This document shows positions 1 to 12,832 of a DNA stretch of 64,000 nucleotides, piece by piece. Position numbers and translations under genes: made by a program. The notes below the pieces were generated by a model. That model had not been told where the DNA came from, ran no database searches, and saw only the letters and a program-made list of their open reading frames with translations. The stretch's first letter is position 1, and the number at the start of each line of letters is the position of its first letter. This stretch comes from Epithemia pelagica. Its lineage: Eukaryota > Protista > Bacillariophyta. The stretch spans positions 6,200,001 through 6,264,000 of the forward strand of contig OX337229.1 in NCBI GenBank assembly GCA_946965045.2. Reading direction: 5' to 3'.

Positions 1-78
1 TTTTCTAAGTATAGAGTATAGTATTCAGCAGAGGCACCTTCCTCTTTGGTTCTTTGGTGTGAGTCTGTTCGACCAGAA

Positions 79-3000
79 CTAGTCCGACTTGGTTTGGGCA
101 TCGGCCGCCGCCTTTTGACGTTTTTCTTCCAACCAAAGGGTCATTTGTTGTTTGAGTTCCGTGGCGGGTTTCACCTCCTCAATACTCAATGGTTTCCGAT
201 TAAAGGGATCCATGGGATCATTGAGCAAATGTTGCGTAATGGTCGATCGATCCACGACATGGCCCGAGGGCAACCAAACGGGATCTTTCATGAATGTGGA
301 CAAAATTTCGTCCAAAAATTCTTCGGGAGCATCGGCCACGAGCAATTCATCTTGGGCGACGCGTTGGGCCGCTTGTTCCATCCACTCGGGCAGGGCCGAA
401 AAGGCTTGCAATTGCTCGCCTTCCAACAAGTGGAGCCGTGTCACGGTACTCAAGGCTTGTCGCAACAAGCGTGGATCACAACCGGATTTGGCACATTCTT
501 CTTGAAAGACAGGTGCTGCGGCAAACAAACTAAAGATGTAGCACAAATCCCGCAACATGACCTTGGGTTTGAAATCCAACTCTTCGGGATTGTCCACCTT
601 GAGTTCCAACCCTTTGGATCCCACCAGTTTGGTCAAGACATGCAACAACATGCTCACCAAACGAGAACTCAATTCTTCCAGCAAAAACAATTGACGAATT
701 TCGGGATCGGTATTGAGATAGCCAAACATTTGGAGGGTCTTGTTGCACAGCGGCAAGGCATGCTTCACTTCACGTTCATTTTCTTCCAGGCGTTCCGAGA
801 CTTGCTTTTGTTGTTCTTCCGTCATGGCCGACCATTCGGCCGTGTTTTTCATTTTCAATTGGGCTTCACGAATCTCTGGAAGCTTTTGCATGACCGTAGC
901 AATCAATGTATTGGTTTCGTTCATGATACCATTGGCAAATTTGATAAAGGATTGCTTGTTTTGTGTAATACGTCGAAAGGCGGGTCGATGTTCCTTGGAT
1001 TCCCACAAGTACTTGATGAGAGAGGAGATTTTGGCCCGATGACTCATGCGATCGTAGTAGCCGGTATGTTCCACTTCGCCGTACAAGAGCAAGAGGGAGG
1101 GTGCCAAACATTCTTGGGCACTGGGGTCTGACAAGAGATAGGTCTCACCCGTTTTGCTGTCGAGATAGACCGATGTTGGAACACTGTCGCGACGATCTTC
1201 GTCGGTCGATGGAGGCAAAAACAACTCGTACAAGACATCGCCCAACATGGCCCGTAAATTGTAGTTGCGCACCATCTGTAGTAGTTGTTGTAGTAAAAAT
1301 AGAGTACGAATTGCAATGCACATATATAAGTGTGTATGCGTGTGAGAAGGAGCATCGTATTTGGAACAAAAGAAGGAGAGAAGCACCCAAAACAACTACA
1401 ACGAAACAACTACAAACGTACCGTCGCATAGGTGGGGGACAAGAGTTTGACGACTTGTTGAAAGGTATACGTCATGTCAATGCCGCGCAACAACTTGGGT
1501 TTGAGTTTGGCCAACAAGGTGACGACATGACAGACATCACTCACCAATTCTTCGGGCCATTGGGCCACCACGTCTTGCGAGGCCGTACAGACGAGTTTGG
1601 CTTGGAGTTGCAAAAAATGCAAATGACTGGCCACAAAGTCGTCGGCCAACAAGGCCACTTCGGCCGATCGTTGGCGACTCACGTACAGGGCAAATTGAGG
1701 ATCGGTTTGCCAATCGGTCGCCGAACCTCGACTGGTAATGTGCCAATGCAAATGACTCAAATGGCGCAACAAGGATTCGTGTTGACTGAGTTGGGCCGAC
1801 AAGCCCAAATGAATGGCACGGGCCGTCAAGAAAAAGAGTTGGGTGACAAAGGCATTTTTGGGTTGATATTCCACGGCCATGGTGGTCGTGTCGTCATCCG
1901 TTTCGGTGGAAGACGACGACGACAGGCGCGGGACGGCATTGTCCCCCGTCGTGGCATAGAGGCCCTTGTGCGCGGCCGGATCCGCACAAAAGAGGGGATC
2001 AATCAAGCCATGTTTGGCCGGGTTACTGACAAAGGGCTGACACAAGTGCAATAAACTGGCCGAGAGATTGAGCAACAAACTGGCACTGGATACCTTGGTG
2101 GGATCGGGTCGTGTGGCCGAGGCACCGACATTGACGAGCAGGGCATCCGTGAACCAATCCAAGACGCATTGTCGCGAGGTGGGACCGGCCTTGATAAAGG
2201 TTTGGACCAAGGCCTGGCAGGCTTGTTGATAGACGTTCAATTGTTGTCGTTGTTGACTCGTGGCCGATTCCGACACGGCAAAGGATTGTCGGACAATGGT
2301 ACTGGGGCTAAAGGCTGGATTGTGTTTGGTCGGAATGCCCAAGCGCAAACAGGATCCCATCAAGGTCCCATGTTCCAATCCGGGACCGGATCGTTTGCAA
2401 TAGGGGGGAGTTTGGGATTGTTGTTGCTGTTGTTGCGCCAAATGGGTCATGAATTGTTGCAACAAGCGATTGGTGGAACCGCCCGTACCCGTAGGAGGTG
2501 TGGGAAGGACCGGCGGGGGAGGTGCGGGAGGTCGAACCTTTTCTTGGGCTTGGGGAGACGACGCGGGCGGTAACAAAAAGGAGGGACTCTGCGCCACGAG
2601 TTCAGCCACCTTCTTGTGCAGACACAGGGACGTCAAGGCCGAGACAATGGCGAGCGGACTCGTCTCTCGACGAACGTTACTGGTTGAGCTGTTGTTGGTC
2701 GTCGTCAAAAGACTGGGAAGGGCCTTGTGATCCAAGACCGAGTCGCAGTCTTTCAAGGCCGCTTGATACGAGTCCACCAATTGCGTCACGACCGTTTGGA
2801 GAGCGGCCGGGTCTTGGGCCTGCAATTCGTCCACCAACAAGTGATAAAAGGAGGGCGATCCAAAGGTAATGCTCCTGGTGACATCCATTGTGGTGGTAGT
2901 GGTTCCGAGCAGCAAACAATCCGACAATTGCGCCATGGAATCCTGTCCTTGTTCAAAGAGGGTCGGTTCGACCAAAATGGTGGCAGCATAACTCACGACT

Positions 3001-3863
3001 TGTTTTTGAATTTCCTGCAACAATTCCGTGAGTTCCGCCGTTTGCTGTTGGACCGTGGCCGTGGCTTTGGTGGTCGTACTACTACTACTACTACTTGCGG
3101 CCAACGTCTTGAGTTCGTCCGCCGCCAAGCGAAAACACTCGGCCAAGTAGGCCAACAAGGACTTTTTCGGATGGCTGCTGCTGTTGGACGACGACTCGTC
3201 GGGACTGGCTGCGGCGGCGACTCGATTGGACAAGACTTCGGCAATGGTTTGAACGGAAATATCACTGGCATCTTCCACTTCCATGGTGGTCATCCACTCC
3301 ATGTTGCTCTTGTTGTTGTTGTGATTGCTGCTGCTATTGCTCGCGGCATCGACCAAGACGAGGCCCAGGACTTTGCGGACCAAGACTTGTTTTTTGCGTT
3401 GAAATTTCCGTGCTTCGTTGCTGCTTGTCTCTTTTTCGGAACGACGCTTCTTTTTTTGGGACAACAACGACGACGACGACGAGTCGGCCACTGGTTTGCT
3501 GCTGCTGCTGCTGCTCGTAGTGGTGGGAGTGTCCACGTTCATGGGTTCCACACCTCCTCCTCCCTGTGGGTTGTTCTTGTTCTTGTTGTTGTTCTTGTCC
3601 TTTGCGGAAGGCGTTTCGTCACTGGCTGCTTCTTGTTGTTGTTGTTGTTGTTGTTGTTGCTCCAATCGTTCTTGTCGCAACAAATCCATGCGTTGGACTC
3701 GTTGGGCTCGCATTTCTTGCGGTGTCAAGGCGTCTTGTGGGGATTGTTGTTCCGTGTTGGTCGTGTTGTCGTCGTCTGGAGTATTCGTGTCGTCGTCGGG
3801 GGGTGCCGCAGCCGGCTGTCCTCTTAAGGCCCAACTGGCCAAATCCGGCAACAATCCACTCAT
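79..3863 (-). CDS. UFD2: Ubiquitin conjugation factor E4 (UFD2/UBE4-like) with C-terminal U-box; 2 exons (3863-1422, 1275-79)
   Basis: C-terminal U-box (APEEFLDEILSTFMKDPVWLPSGHVVDRSTITQHLLNDPMDPFNRKPL). Ufd2 core motifs (FIKFANGIMNETN, FVTQLFFLT). GTACGT...CTACAG intron at 1421-1276 joins the two long ORFs in frame. Confidence 0.93.
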
Positions 3864-4466
3864 ATTATTGGTGTGTGTGTGTGTCTGTCGTGTCGTTCCC
3901 TCTCCAAGAAACAAAGAAGAAGAAGAATGACTCTACGATCTATACTACTTTGGCAGCAACTCCCCAACGGCAATCCAGTCTCGCTCTCTCGTTCGTCTGT
4001 GTCTGTGTGTGCGAGTCGCTGCTTTGTCCTCGCCTCGTTGGATGATTTCTCTCTCCTTTTGTTTTGGTTTGTTGGTTGGCTCTCGTTGGATATCGAGTCT
4101 CTGCTGCTGCAACCGAGGATAAGGATATCGAATAGAGAGGATGACAGAGACAAAAAGGATGAGCAACGAGAGGCACCGAACAAATGTGGAGAGAGGGGCA
4201 CCTCTACCTAATCTTTTGGTGCATGCCCCCAAACTGTGGGGAATGGTCTGTGCGGCGTACGCAACCGTTCACCCACCCGTCCGTCCGTCTGCACCGCTTC
4301 GCGCGCAGGGCTCGCTCAAATTCCAAACCGTATTCGGAAACCAAAAATTTTCAACAAGCAGCAGCAGTCCGAACAAAGATCCCTCTCGCTTCCAAGAAGA
4401 AGAAGAAGAAGAACAAAACGAAACAAAGAACGCGTTGAGAGAGTTTGTCGTTGCCTAAAGTAGATC

Positions 4467-5606
4467 ATGAACGATCGGGACGGACCACCGCCCTCGTCGT
4501 CTCGAGGAGGAGGAGGTGATTCTCCGGGTCGAGATCGAAGTCTGGATCGCCACCACGATCCCTATCCTCCTCGTCGTCGTCCGCGCAGTCGAAGTTATTC
4601 ACCACCCCCGGACCATCATCATTATCGTCGTCGTCCGCGCAGTCGCAGTCGAAGTCCACCATCTCGTCGAGGTGGAGGTGGTGGCCGTGATCGAAGTTAC
4701 AGTCCCGATCGAGATCGTCCAGCGTCGCGACAAGCACCACCTCCTCGCGAGGGAGGAGGATATGGTGGTGGTGGTGGCTATCGAGACTATCCACCACCGC
4801 CGTTTGGTGGACGAGGACCACCACCGGGTCGAGGAGGAGACTATGGACCACCACCACCGGGTGGTCGCTATTATGACGATCGCTATTATCCACGCGATGG
4901 AGGAGGACCACGCGATGGCGGACCACCTCCTCATCGCGGCGATGGTCCACGAGGAGGAGGAGACTATCGGGGTGGTGGTGGTCCTCCTCCTCCCCACCGA
5001 GGCGGCGGTGGTGGTGGCCGTGACTATCCTCGTCGACCCCCACCGCCGCAGCACAATAACAACAATCACAATCGTGGTCCTCTCCAAGAAGATGCCATTC
5101 CGGGCGTCTCCCTCTTGGTGCGCAATGTCTCTCCCGATATTACCACACAAGATTTGCAACGCGCCTTTGGTCGGATTGGCGAAATTCGCGATGTCTACAT
5201 TCCCCGCGATTATCATTCGCAACAACCCAAGGGCTTTGCCTTTATTGAATATGCCACGGCCGATCAAGCCGAAGAAGCCCGCGAGGAAATGGATCGGTTC
5301 GTCATTAAAGGACGAGAACTCGAAGTTGTCTTTGCCCAAGAAAAACGCAAAACGCCCAATGAAATGCGCGGACGGGTCGTCAATCAACAAAATCGAGGAC
5401 GAGATCGATCCAATTTTGAACGATCCTCCTCCTTTGAACGACATCGACGCGAACAACAACAAGGAGGAGGACCTGGACCTCAAGGTTCGGGAGGACCACC
5501 ACCCCAAGATGCTCTCCAAGGGGGAAGCAGTGATGGACCGGCACCGGTCAAGGAAGAAGCAGAAGAACCCTCCTCGAATACGACTCGAGTCAAGGAAGAA
5601 ACGTAA
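4467..5606 (+). CDS. SR/SC35-like (SCL/SRSF10-type) RNA-binding splicing factor; RS/RGG-rich N-terminus, single RRM
   Basis: RRM SLLVRNVSPDITTQDLQRAFGRIGEIRDVYIPRDYHSQQPKGFAFIEY with RNP1 KGFAFIEY; RSRS repeats and RGG/Pro-rich low-complexity region. Confidence 0.88.
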   Translation: MNDRDGPPPSSSRGGGGDSPGRDRSLDRHHDPYPPRRRPRSRSYSPPPDHHHYRRRPRSRSRSPPSRRGGGGGRDRSYSPDRDRPASRQAPPPREGGGYGGGGGYRDYPPPPFGGRGPPPGRGGDYGPPPPGGRYYDDRYYPRDGGGPRDGGPPPHRGDGPRGGGDYRGGGGPPPPHRGGGGGGRDYPRRPPPPQHNNNNHNRGPLQEDAIPGVSLLVRNVSPDITTQDLQRAFGRIGEIRDVYIPRDYHSQQPKGFAFIEYATADQAEEAREEMDRFVIKGRELEVVFAQEKRKTPNEMRGRVVNQQNRGRDRSNFERSSSFERHRREQQQGGGPGPQGSGGPPPQDALQGGSSDGPAPVKEEAEEPSSNTTRVKEET

Positions 5607-6832
5607 AGTCAGCCAAGACCAGGAAACCGCAAGGAACGGAAATACATACAACAAGGTCCCCACGAAACACATACACACACGCACAAATATCTTCCGAACA
5701 CAAACCGCAAGGACAAGGTCCCCACGAAACAGTTTCTCCTACATGTCAACACAGTTACACGTTCATTGTCCATGGTCGTCGTCAAGTGCAAGATACTATA
5801 AAATGGCGCACACATTCCAGAGTCTTATAGTGAATAAAAAAAGAGGATGAAGGTAACACACTCGATACACACACAAGGTAAAAGCCAAGCAAGAGCTTGA
5901 AGATCTGCACACACAAGTTTGTTTTTGCGTAACCAGTCTATTATATATATTCTTTATTAATTCAAGAACTCTATGATCAAGATCCACAAGAATTTCAAGA
6001 AACACTCAAGTTCCCTCTCTCAAGAATTATTATGGATCAAGTCTCTCTCTCTCGCTGTGTGTGTGTGTTGTGTCTATTGTCTTTTTTCTGTGTATGTACC
6101 TCTGTATCCCTGTCCTTGTCTCTCTCTCTCTACTAGTACACACACACATGAAACGGGAGAGAATGATGAGTGGATGAGACATGTCCGCAAGGTGCCAATG
6201 AGTTGCAGTACTACTACTACTCTTACTCGTTGCGCTTGTGCCAGGTGGGGACCGAGAGTGTACGAATATGACTCTCGTCTCTACTTCTAGACGACGCTCC
6301 CCGAGAGAGAGAGCGCGCCAGGATGGAACGTCACGATCAATCACACTGTCTCTCTCTCTCTCTATGGAACGACATATATACCTCACTCGATGGGAATGGA
6401 GAAATAGGCATAGGACACGACAAGATCTACAAGATCTATACTATAGCGCTCTCCAAGATTTTGTTGTTCTTTCAAGTTCCGGTTCCCAAGTGTTGTACTA
6501 TGGCGCAGATACCCAATAAGCCATTGGTATTGGCCTTTGTCTATCTCGGTCGGATGCAGTCCATCCTGTTGGTTCCCATGGTTTTGCTTGTTTCATGTGT
6601 ATGCCAATCCGGACCACAGGGATCCAACTGTTTGTGAATGAGAAGAAAAGTATGTTTCTCCAAGACCGGGGACACAATGCTGTGGTACGTTCTATATAGA
6701 TATGCAATGCAACAATCAACGAATGGGGGGGGGGGTTCGACGGGCGGCGGAGAGAGAGAGAGAGCACTGGAACGAACAGAGCCAAAGGTCACACGAACCA
6801 GAACACAGTCACGAGAGAATTGAGCCACACGT

Positions 6833-6835
<3 letters not shown>

Positions 6836-6908
<73 letters not shown>
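6836..6908. repeat. (CT)n microsatellite, about 36 units
   Basis: Uninterrupted TC dinucleotide run read directly from the sequence. Confidence 0.97.
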
Positions 6909-6910
<2 letters not shown>

Positions 6911-6993
6911 GAATTTCGAGTGGTGTCGGAGCCAAACTCGGACCGAGATCTCTACTATACTACGTCTAGCTAGCAGTCATATATATAGAGAGA

Positions 6994-7197
6994 AATGGAT
7001 TAGAAGGATATGAACCCATCCCCGGCGATCGTCGTCGGAATCCTGAGCATCAACGGCAGGGGAATTCCGTCTTGTTGATGGTTGGGGTATTGGATCGTCG
7101 TCGTTTGGAACATGATCAGTTTCTCCAGGAGTGCGATTCGGACTGGAGAATGTGGTGGTACTACTACTAGTCGTGTCATGTTTGGTTCGTGTCGTGT
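6994..7197 (-). pseudogene. Decayed partial duplicate of the 3' end of the RPP30 gene
   Basis: Shared blocks with 8432-8731 (ATGGATTAG, GATATGAACCCATCCCC, GAATCCTGAGCA, AACGGCAGGGGAATTCCGTCT, GACTGGAG, TTTGGTTCGT). Both translate to ...AGDGFISF. Internal deletions are present. Confidence 0.8.
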
Positions 7198-7415
7198 GTT
7201 TTTGCCGTCCTTGTAGCGCGCGCGTCGATCACCAGCTAAAAACCTCGTGTGACACACACAATTTCCTGAATTTGTGCTGCGGGATTGCTTCCCTTACAAC
7301 ACTCTCGATAATAGACCATTCCCATTAGTTCTGCCCTGGTCACTTATCCTTGTTCACTTGTTTGTTTCATACTGGTCACCCTGCATCATTCATTTGTTCC
7401 ACACAGCCTTCCAAG

Positions 7416-8080
7416 ATGTCTGATTCTTCCATCGCTACGCCCAATTCGGACTGTTCCAGCGACGAGGAAGAAATCACCTATGGTGGAGGTAAAAACACAA
7501 GGTTGACACGAGAGAAGGGGAGGATCACCGACACGCCCTCCTCCAAGAGTCCCGACTCTCGAAAAAACACGGTGAAACATGATCCTGTTGCATCTTCCAT
7601 CGCTACGCCCAATTCTGACTATTCCAGCGACGAGGAAGAAATCACCTATGGTGGAGGTAAAAACGCGCGTTGGAAACAAGAGAAGTGGAGGATCACCGAC
7701 ACGCCCACCTCCAAGAGTCCCGACTCTCAAAAAACACGGTGAAACAGAGTATTACTGATCCTGTTGTATCTTCCATTGCAAAGCACCAGAACCAGCAGAA
7801 CCGCCATACTGCGGCTTCTCCCCCTCCCCCCATTGTTGCTCCTACAACCGAACAGTTCCAGACTGTAGTTCTTGCCCTGGTGGAAAGTCGTGCCGAATGT
7901 CATGATTTGCGGGAACAAGTTGCCTTCTTGACCCACGAATTATCCAAGGTCCTGTTGGAAAGTCGTGCCGAATGTCATGATTTGACGGAACAGGTGGCAA
8001 CCTTGACCCAGGAATTATCCAAGGTGCAAGTTTCATTCCCGAAACAGAACAAGGCTGCCGAAAGTACTCAAGAAGATTAG
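7416..8080 (+). pseudogene. Repeat-built ORF (2x 56-aa units, then 2x 25-aa coiled-coil units) split by a 1-bp frameshift near 7730
   Basis: 168-bp direct repeat starting at 7425 and 7593; 75-bp repeat at 7881 and 7956. Copy 1 reads CTCTC-GAAAAAA-CAC and copy 2 reads CTCTC-AAAAAA-CAC, which shifts the frame between ORFs 7350-7742 and 7670-8080. Confidence 0.65.
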
Positions 8081-8437
8081 AATGTAGCCGCTGGGGACGC
8101 TGCTGTACCGCAAGTTGCTGACCAAGCCGTCACAGCCCGCCGAGCACTCCCGAATGATGGTGAAAATGAGATACGACTATACGGTACGGAACAAAATAAA
8201 TCGTTCTCAAAACCTATACAGTCTATTCGTGCTCCTCCTATTAGATGCATGTTTCAACCCTCCTTCCTCCGCCATGAACGCCATTCCCAATCGTTTCGGA
8301 CGGAAGCTAGGAATCACACATTACGGATCAAAGATTTGTACAAACGGTTCTGTTGGTTCGTCTCAAACGAGGTGTAGGATGATCCTGGCGTGGGTGGAAT
8401 GTCAATCGTCACCTGCTTGGATAATCACATATATGGA

Positions 8438-9853
8438 TTAGGAGAATGATATGAACCCATCCCCTGCCACACTACGACTCTCGTCGTCCGAATCCTGAGC
8501 AGGAACGGCAGGGGAATTCCGTCTCTTGTTGTTGTTATTGTTGTTGTTGTTGTTTCCAGAGGAGGATGATCGTATTGGGCCATGCTCGTCCTCTATTCTT
8601 GGAGAATCATCATTTGTTTGCATCTGTGGAGGATCGGTCCAGGACTCCTTCTGGTCTATCCTGCGATCCGGACTGGAGGATGATGCGGTGGTACTACCAG
8701 GAGTCGTACCAGGTTTGGTTCGTATCGTGTGGTTGCTGTATTTATCCTCCTCCGGGGCACCACCACCCGCCGAAACCACTTGAACCTGTTGGAGCATCGT
8801 TGTTCCAAACCGTCGTTGCCATCCATGCTCCAGGGCCATTCGAGCGGTTTGGGACATGGTTTGGTGGGAAATGACTGCCGCCGGAAATTGAAGCACAGTG
8901 TGCAACAAATTTTGGACATCGCCCGGTGTACGAAGGGCCAAATCGCGCGCATCCTTCTTGTGGTTTCGCACCAAGGAGTTTGTCGTACTACGAGTTGTAT
9001 CGGCAGACATGGTTGCATCGGAATAGGTCCGAGGCCCCGAACTCACGAGAATGCGTGCCAAAGAACCCACGGCACGAGATGCCGTGAGCCACTCTCGACT
9101 GCACTGAATGAGTTTGGGTCGCAACGGGGCGTGCACCACGGCGGGGGCATAACAGAGTTCCAAGGTTGCTCCTCGATCGGCCAGGGCTTGCAAATCAGAG
9201 GATCGAATTCGATACGGCAAGCCGCCTTTCGTCGAAAAATAATCGAGGGTGACAATGTCCACGGCCGTCGCTTGACGACAGGCGGCTTGAAAACACGCTT
9301 CATTGGCCGGTGCCACGGAAAGAAGGTCATAACCATTCCACACGTGGTGCAGGCGTTTTTGCTGTGGCGTCCACAATTCTTTCGACGTATCAGTGGGAAG
9401 ACTGTAGGCTCCCACATCCGACAAGCGTTCCACGACGGCATGCAAGCGTCGCAAAATCTGCATAGAAGGACGACCCGTCGTCGTGGGCTTCTCATCCCTC
9501 ATTTCATCGATGACAAAGGGCAATTGTTGGTCGGCCGCATCTCGATCGACCTGTGGGATTCCATAAATGACATGGGTCCAGGCCATGCGTTGATATCCCA
9601 CACTTTGCAAGCGACGTTGCAACACGAGTCGTTCGGCGGCATCTCGAGACGACGAACCACCTGATGTCGACGACTCGACCAGGGGCACAAACAAGTCAGA
9701 TGTTATTGTCCGTTCTTGTTCCACAAGATGCCGTTTCGTGGCTTTCTTCTTCTTGTTGTTCTCTCTCTGTGGCTGTTGCTGCTGATCCGGTTGTGAACTG
9801 GGTTCGGTACTAGTGTGGTGGTTTCGTTGTGCCGGCCGTCGGCGCTTTCCCAT
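8438..9853 (-). CDS. RPP30: RNase P/MRP subunit p30 (PHP-fold)
   Basis: Motifs YDLLSVAPANEACFQAAC, VDIVTLD, LPYRI, LELCYAP, ILVSSG and LRTPGDVQNL match the RNase_P_p30 family as I recognise it. Confidence 0.85.
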   Translation of the reverse strand: MGKRRRPAQRNHHTSTEPSSQPDQQQQPQRENNKKKKATKRHLVEQERTITSDLFVPLVESSTSGGSSSRDAAERLVLQRRLQSVGYQRMAWTHVIYGIPQVDRDAADQQLPFVIDEMRDEKPTTTGRPSMQILRRLHAVVERLSDVGAYSLPTDTSKELWTPQQKRLHHVWNGYDLLSVAPANEACFQAACRQATAVDIVTLDYFSTKGGLPYRIRSSDLQALADRGATLELCYAPAVVHAPLRPKLIQCSREWLTASRAVGSLARILVSSGPRTYSDATMSADTTRSTTNSLVRNHKKDARDLALRTPGDVQNLLHTVLQFPAAVISHQTMSQTARMALEHGWQRRFGTTMLQQVQVVSAGGGAPEEDKYSNHTIRTKPGTTPGSTTASSSSPDRRIDQKESWTDPPQMQTNDDSPRIEDEHGPIRSSSSGNNNNNNNNNKRRNSPAVPAQDSDDESRSVAGDGFISFS

Positions 9854-10159
9854 GGTGTCGTCGGATCTGTGGTGGATCTTTTTGTGATGGATGGTGTGTG
9901 TGTTCCATCGTCTCGTGGCATGGATATAATGTGCGACCTATTATACGCGACTGAAATATACGGTCGCATTTATTCGCCACCAAAGATTCGCTGTGTCATT
10001 TTTCTTCACTCTCCATTTCGTCGTTGACTCGACGAAAAGGACAACCAGAACCAGCGACAGTCCTGGATACCTCTCTTATTTCTCATTGTGTTGTGGTGGG
10101 CGTTGGATACACCAGAAGCACTTGTGTGTGTGTGATATCTTTTGTCGGTCGTTTGTAAC

Positions 10160-12204
10160 ATGTACATTTGGAATACCTTGACGGGCTGGATTCCGTCTCC
10201 ATGTTGTGGTGGTGGTGGTGGCCGCAGCACTCCTCGCACCAACACCAACGACTCGAACAGCCGCACCGAATTGGGCAGGACAACGGATGAAGAGACGCCC
10301 CTCTTGACAACAAATACGACAACAATCAATGAGGAGGAGGGTCCCAGTTTGACATCCGGCTATACCGATTATTTGCATTCGTCCAGTGCCCTTCGATTGG
10401 TGGTGGTGCATGGGCTCTTGTATTATACGCTGGCCGTTGTCCTGTACAGTGTGGTCTTGGATACGAAATGGACCGTGATTGATTCCTTGTACTTTGCCAC
10501 CGTCTTGGTACGTGTGACTTGTAATAGTATTCCTGTGGTGGTTTTTGAATGTGTCAAGGTTGTGTTGCGTTGGTGGTCAAGGTTGTTGTGTCATTCTCTC
10601 TCTCTCAAACTTGTGTGTGTGTGTGTGTGTGTGTGTGTTTGGCATCCATGATGATAATGATGATGAATGTGTGTGTGGTCGTCCATTGTTGGACAATGTC
10701 GTCAGTTTACCACGATTGGCTATGGGGATTTTAGTCCCCTCACGGACGTGGGACGAGTCTGTACCATGGGATTGGCCTTGTATGGCATTGTCATGTTGGG
10801 CATTTTTCTGGGAATTTATGGAGAAACCTTGTTGGAACATCACACGTCGTCCACCACGGAACAACACACCACGGTGCGCAAAACCGTGGTGGAAGCCATG
10901 GTCCAAACCACGCAGGATGCGCGCAACAACTACAGCAATGCCAACAATACCAATGCCACGAATAATACCAACAATACCAATCACAGCAGTGATGTTGCCT
11001 CGTCCTCCTCCCAGTCCACCACCAATGGAGGAACCATGTCTGCGGCAGTCTCCTCCTGGGGAGCAACGAAACCCAAAACCAAGCTTCAAACGGTCATTTC
11101 CGGTGAGTTGCTTCAAATGGCCGACGACAATACCCAACAAGCTGTAATCACAAACAACAACGCCACCACCACCAACAACAACACGACTACGACTAGCACC
11201 GACAATCAGCAAGTGTTGGAGCAACTCCAAAAGAATCAACAGACGCTCCTCCAAGACATAATCGTCTTGATTTTTGACGAATTGCCCATTTTGACCTTTG
11301 TCTCCTTGATTGGCTTGGCCATTGGACAAATCGAAGGATGGGATCTCATCAAGAGGTACGTCCTATGCGTATTCGTATTCTTCGAGTCGTGCACTGTATA
11401 TTCTGTGGGGATGGGTGAAACCGGCACTTCTCATACATGATTCTGGACTTAATGCTCTGGTCTACGGATCCATCATATGATGCTGCTTTTTTTTTAACAT
11501 ATCCTACTCCTATACACAGTGCCTATTGGACCATCATCTCCGGCACGACGGTCGGTTTTGGCGACGAGGCGCCGGAAAATGAATATGTTCGATTGGCCTG
11601 TGTCGTCTTTTTACCATTGTGTGTGGCCGTCTTGGGGGAAATCTTGTCCAAAATTGCCGATTTGTATCTGTCGCGGAAACGACGCATTTCCCAACAAGAA
11701 TTCTTTTCCCGCACTTTGACCAAGGCTGATTTGGTCACCATGGATACCGATTGCAATGGCGACGTGTCCCAGGCCGAATTCTTGTCTTACATGCTCGTGG
11801 CCTTGCAACTCGTGGATCAAACGGATATCGATGAAATTAATGACTTGTTTCAAACCTTGGACAAGGATAAGACTGGTGTCTTGCATCAGGCCGATTTGGA
11901 ACTCTTGAATTGGGATGAATCCATGACACGATCCATTGCCCAAGTGGCCCTCTCGCAACAAGACGAGTCCTTGTCCCTGAGAAGTAGTCCTACTGGAACG
12001 ACAATGGGCAGTCCGGGTACGACCTCGATTCGGGACATGGCCGTCCGATGGGCGGGCATGGCACATCATCATTCCTCTCGACGACAAACCATTGCCGGTT
12101 CCACATCGTCTTCGTCCTCTCCCTCCCAACAACAAGGCAATGGACATGCCACTGCCGGTGCTGCAAGTACAGTATTAAGGAGTCGATCCACCTCGGGCCC
12201 GTGA
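10160..12204 (+). CDS. Two-pore-domain (TPK/KCO-like) K+ channel with C-terminal EF hands; 3 exons (10160-10507, 10706-11355, 11520-12204)
   Basis: Splicing at canonical GT-AG sites gives pore motifs YFATVLFTTIGYGD and AYWTIISGTTVGFGD. EF-hand loops DTDCNGDVSQAEF and DKDKTGVLHQADL. Confidence 0.9.
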
Positions 12205-12832
12205 GAGGGACGAATGGTCAGCATCCATTCGAACAAGGTACTATCAAACTGATTTGCGGGGATGCATTCGCGTGGGGGAAGAGCGATCATGATCGACACA
12301 AGGAACTACTATATATACATGATAGAAAGTGTATCTGTTTCGTCTAGAGACTTGAATTCATTATTCCCTGGAAATCTCCCTTCAGCAGGGCATCCTTCCG
12401 TAGAGTAGTACTCCTGCTCGCTAGAGGACGTTGTATCTGGGTTGGATGGCATAGCTGTCATAGCGAGAGTAGGATCAATAGAGTTGTCTCACTCTAGCAA
12501 GTTCGTTGTGTGTGTCATGTACGTCCATTCAAACATACTTTCGAAGGGACTCCAGGATAACTCTACAGTTGCGATCTCAACAACCCGGATCTTTGTGGTC
12601 ACGGTCTGAAAAGGCAGTCTTGTCTCAAAAGATTACTCTAGAAGATGGTTGCTACGTAACCGATGATGGACCATCATAATATGACAAGCGAATAATAATT
12701 GGAAAACTGCTATAGTAAAATACGAAAAGAAAATAACAAGACAACACATACAGATTGTGTGATGGTTATACATCGGTACCACATCCGTCCCCCTGACAAA
12801 GCTGCTGGCTCTTGTTCTGGTTGTTTTTATTC

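Noticed and set aside
46-3827. Long plus-strand ORFs 46-1131, 1101-2054 and 2727-3827
   Set aside because: Antisense shadows of UFD2, caused by codon bias.
4516-5850. Overlapping 444-aa and antisense 361-aa ORFs
   Set aside because: Alternative frames of the GC-rich, repetitive SR gene.
7416-8030. Direct repeats as a possible CRISPR array
   Set aside because: Only two copies per unit, lengths are multiples of 3 within coding sequence, there are no unique spacers, and no cas genes.
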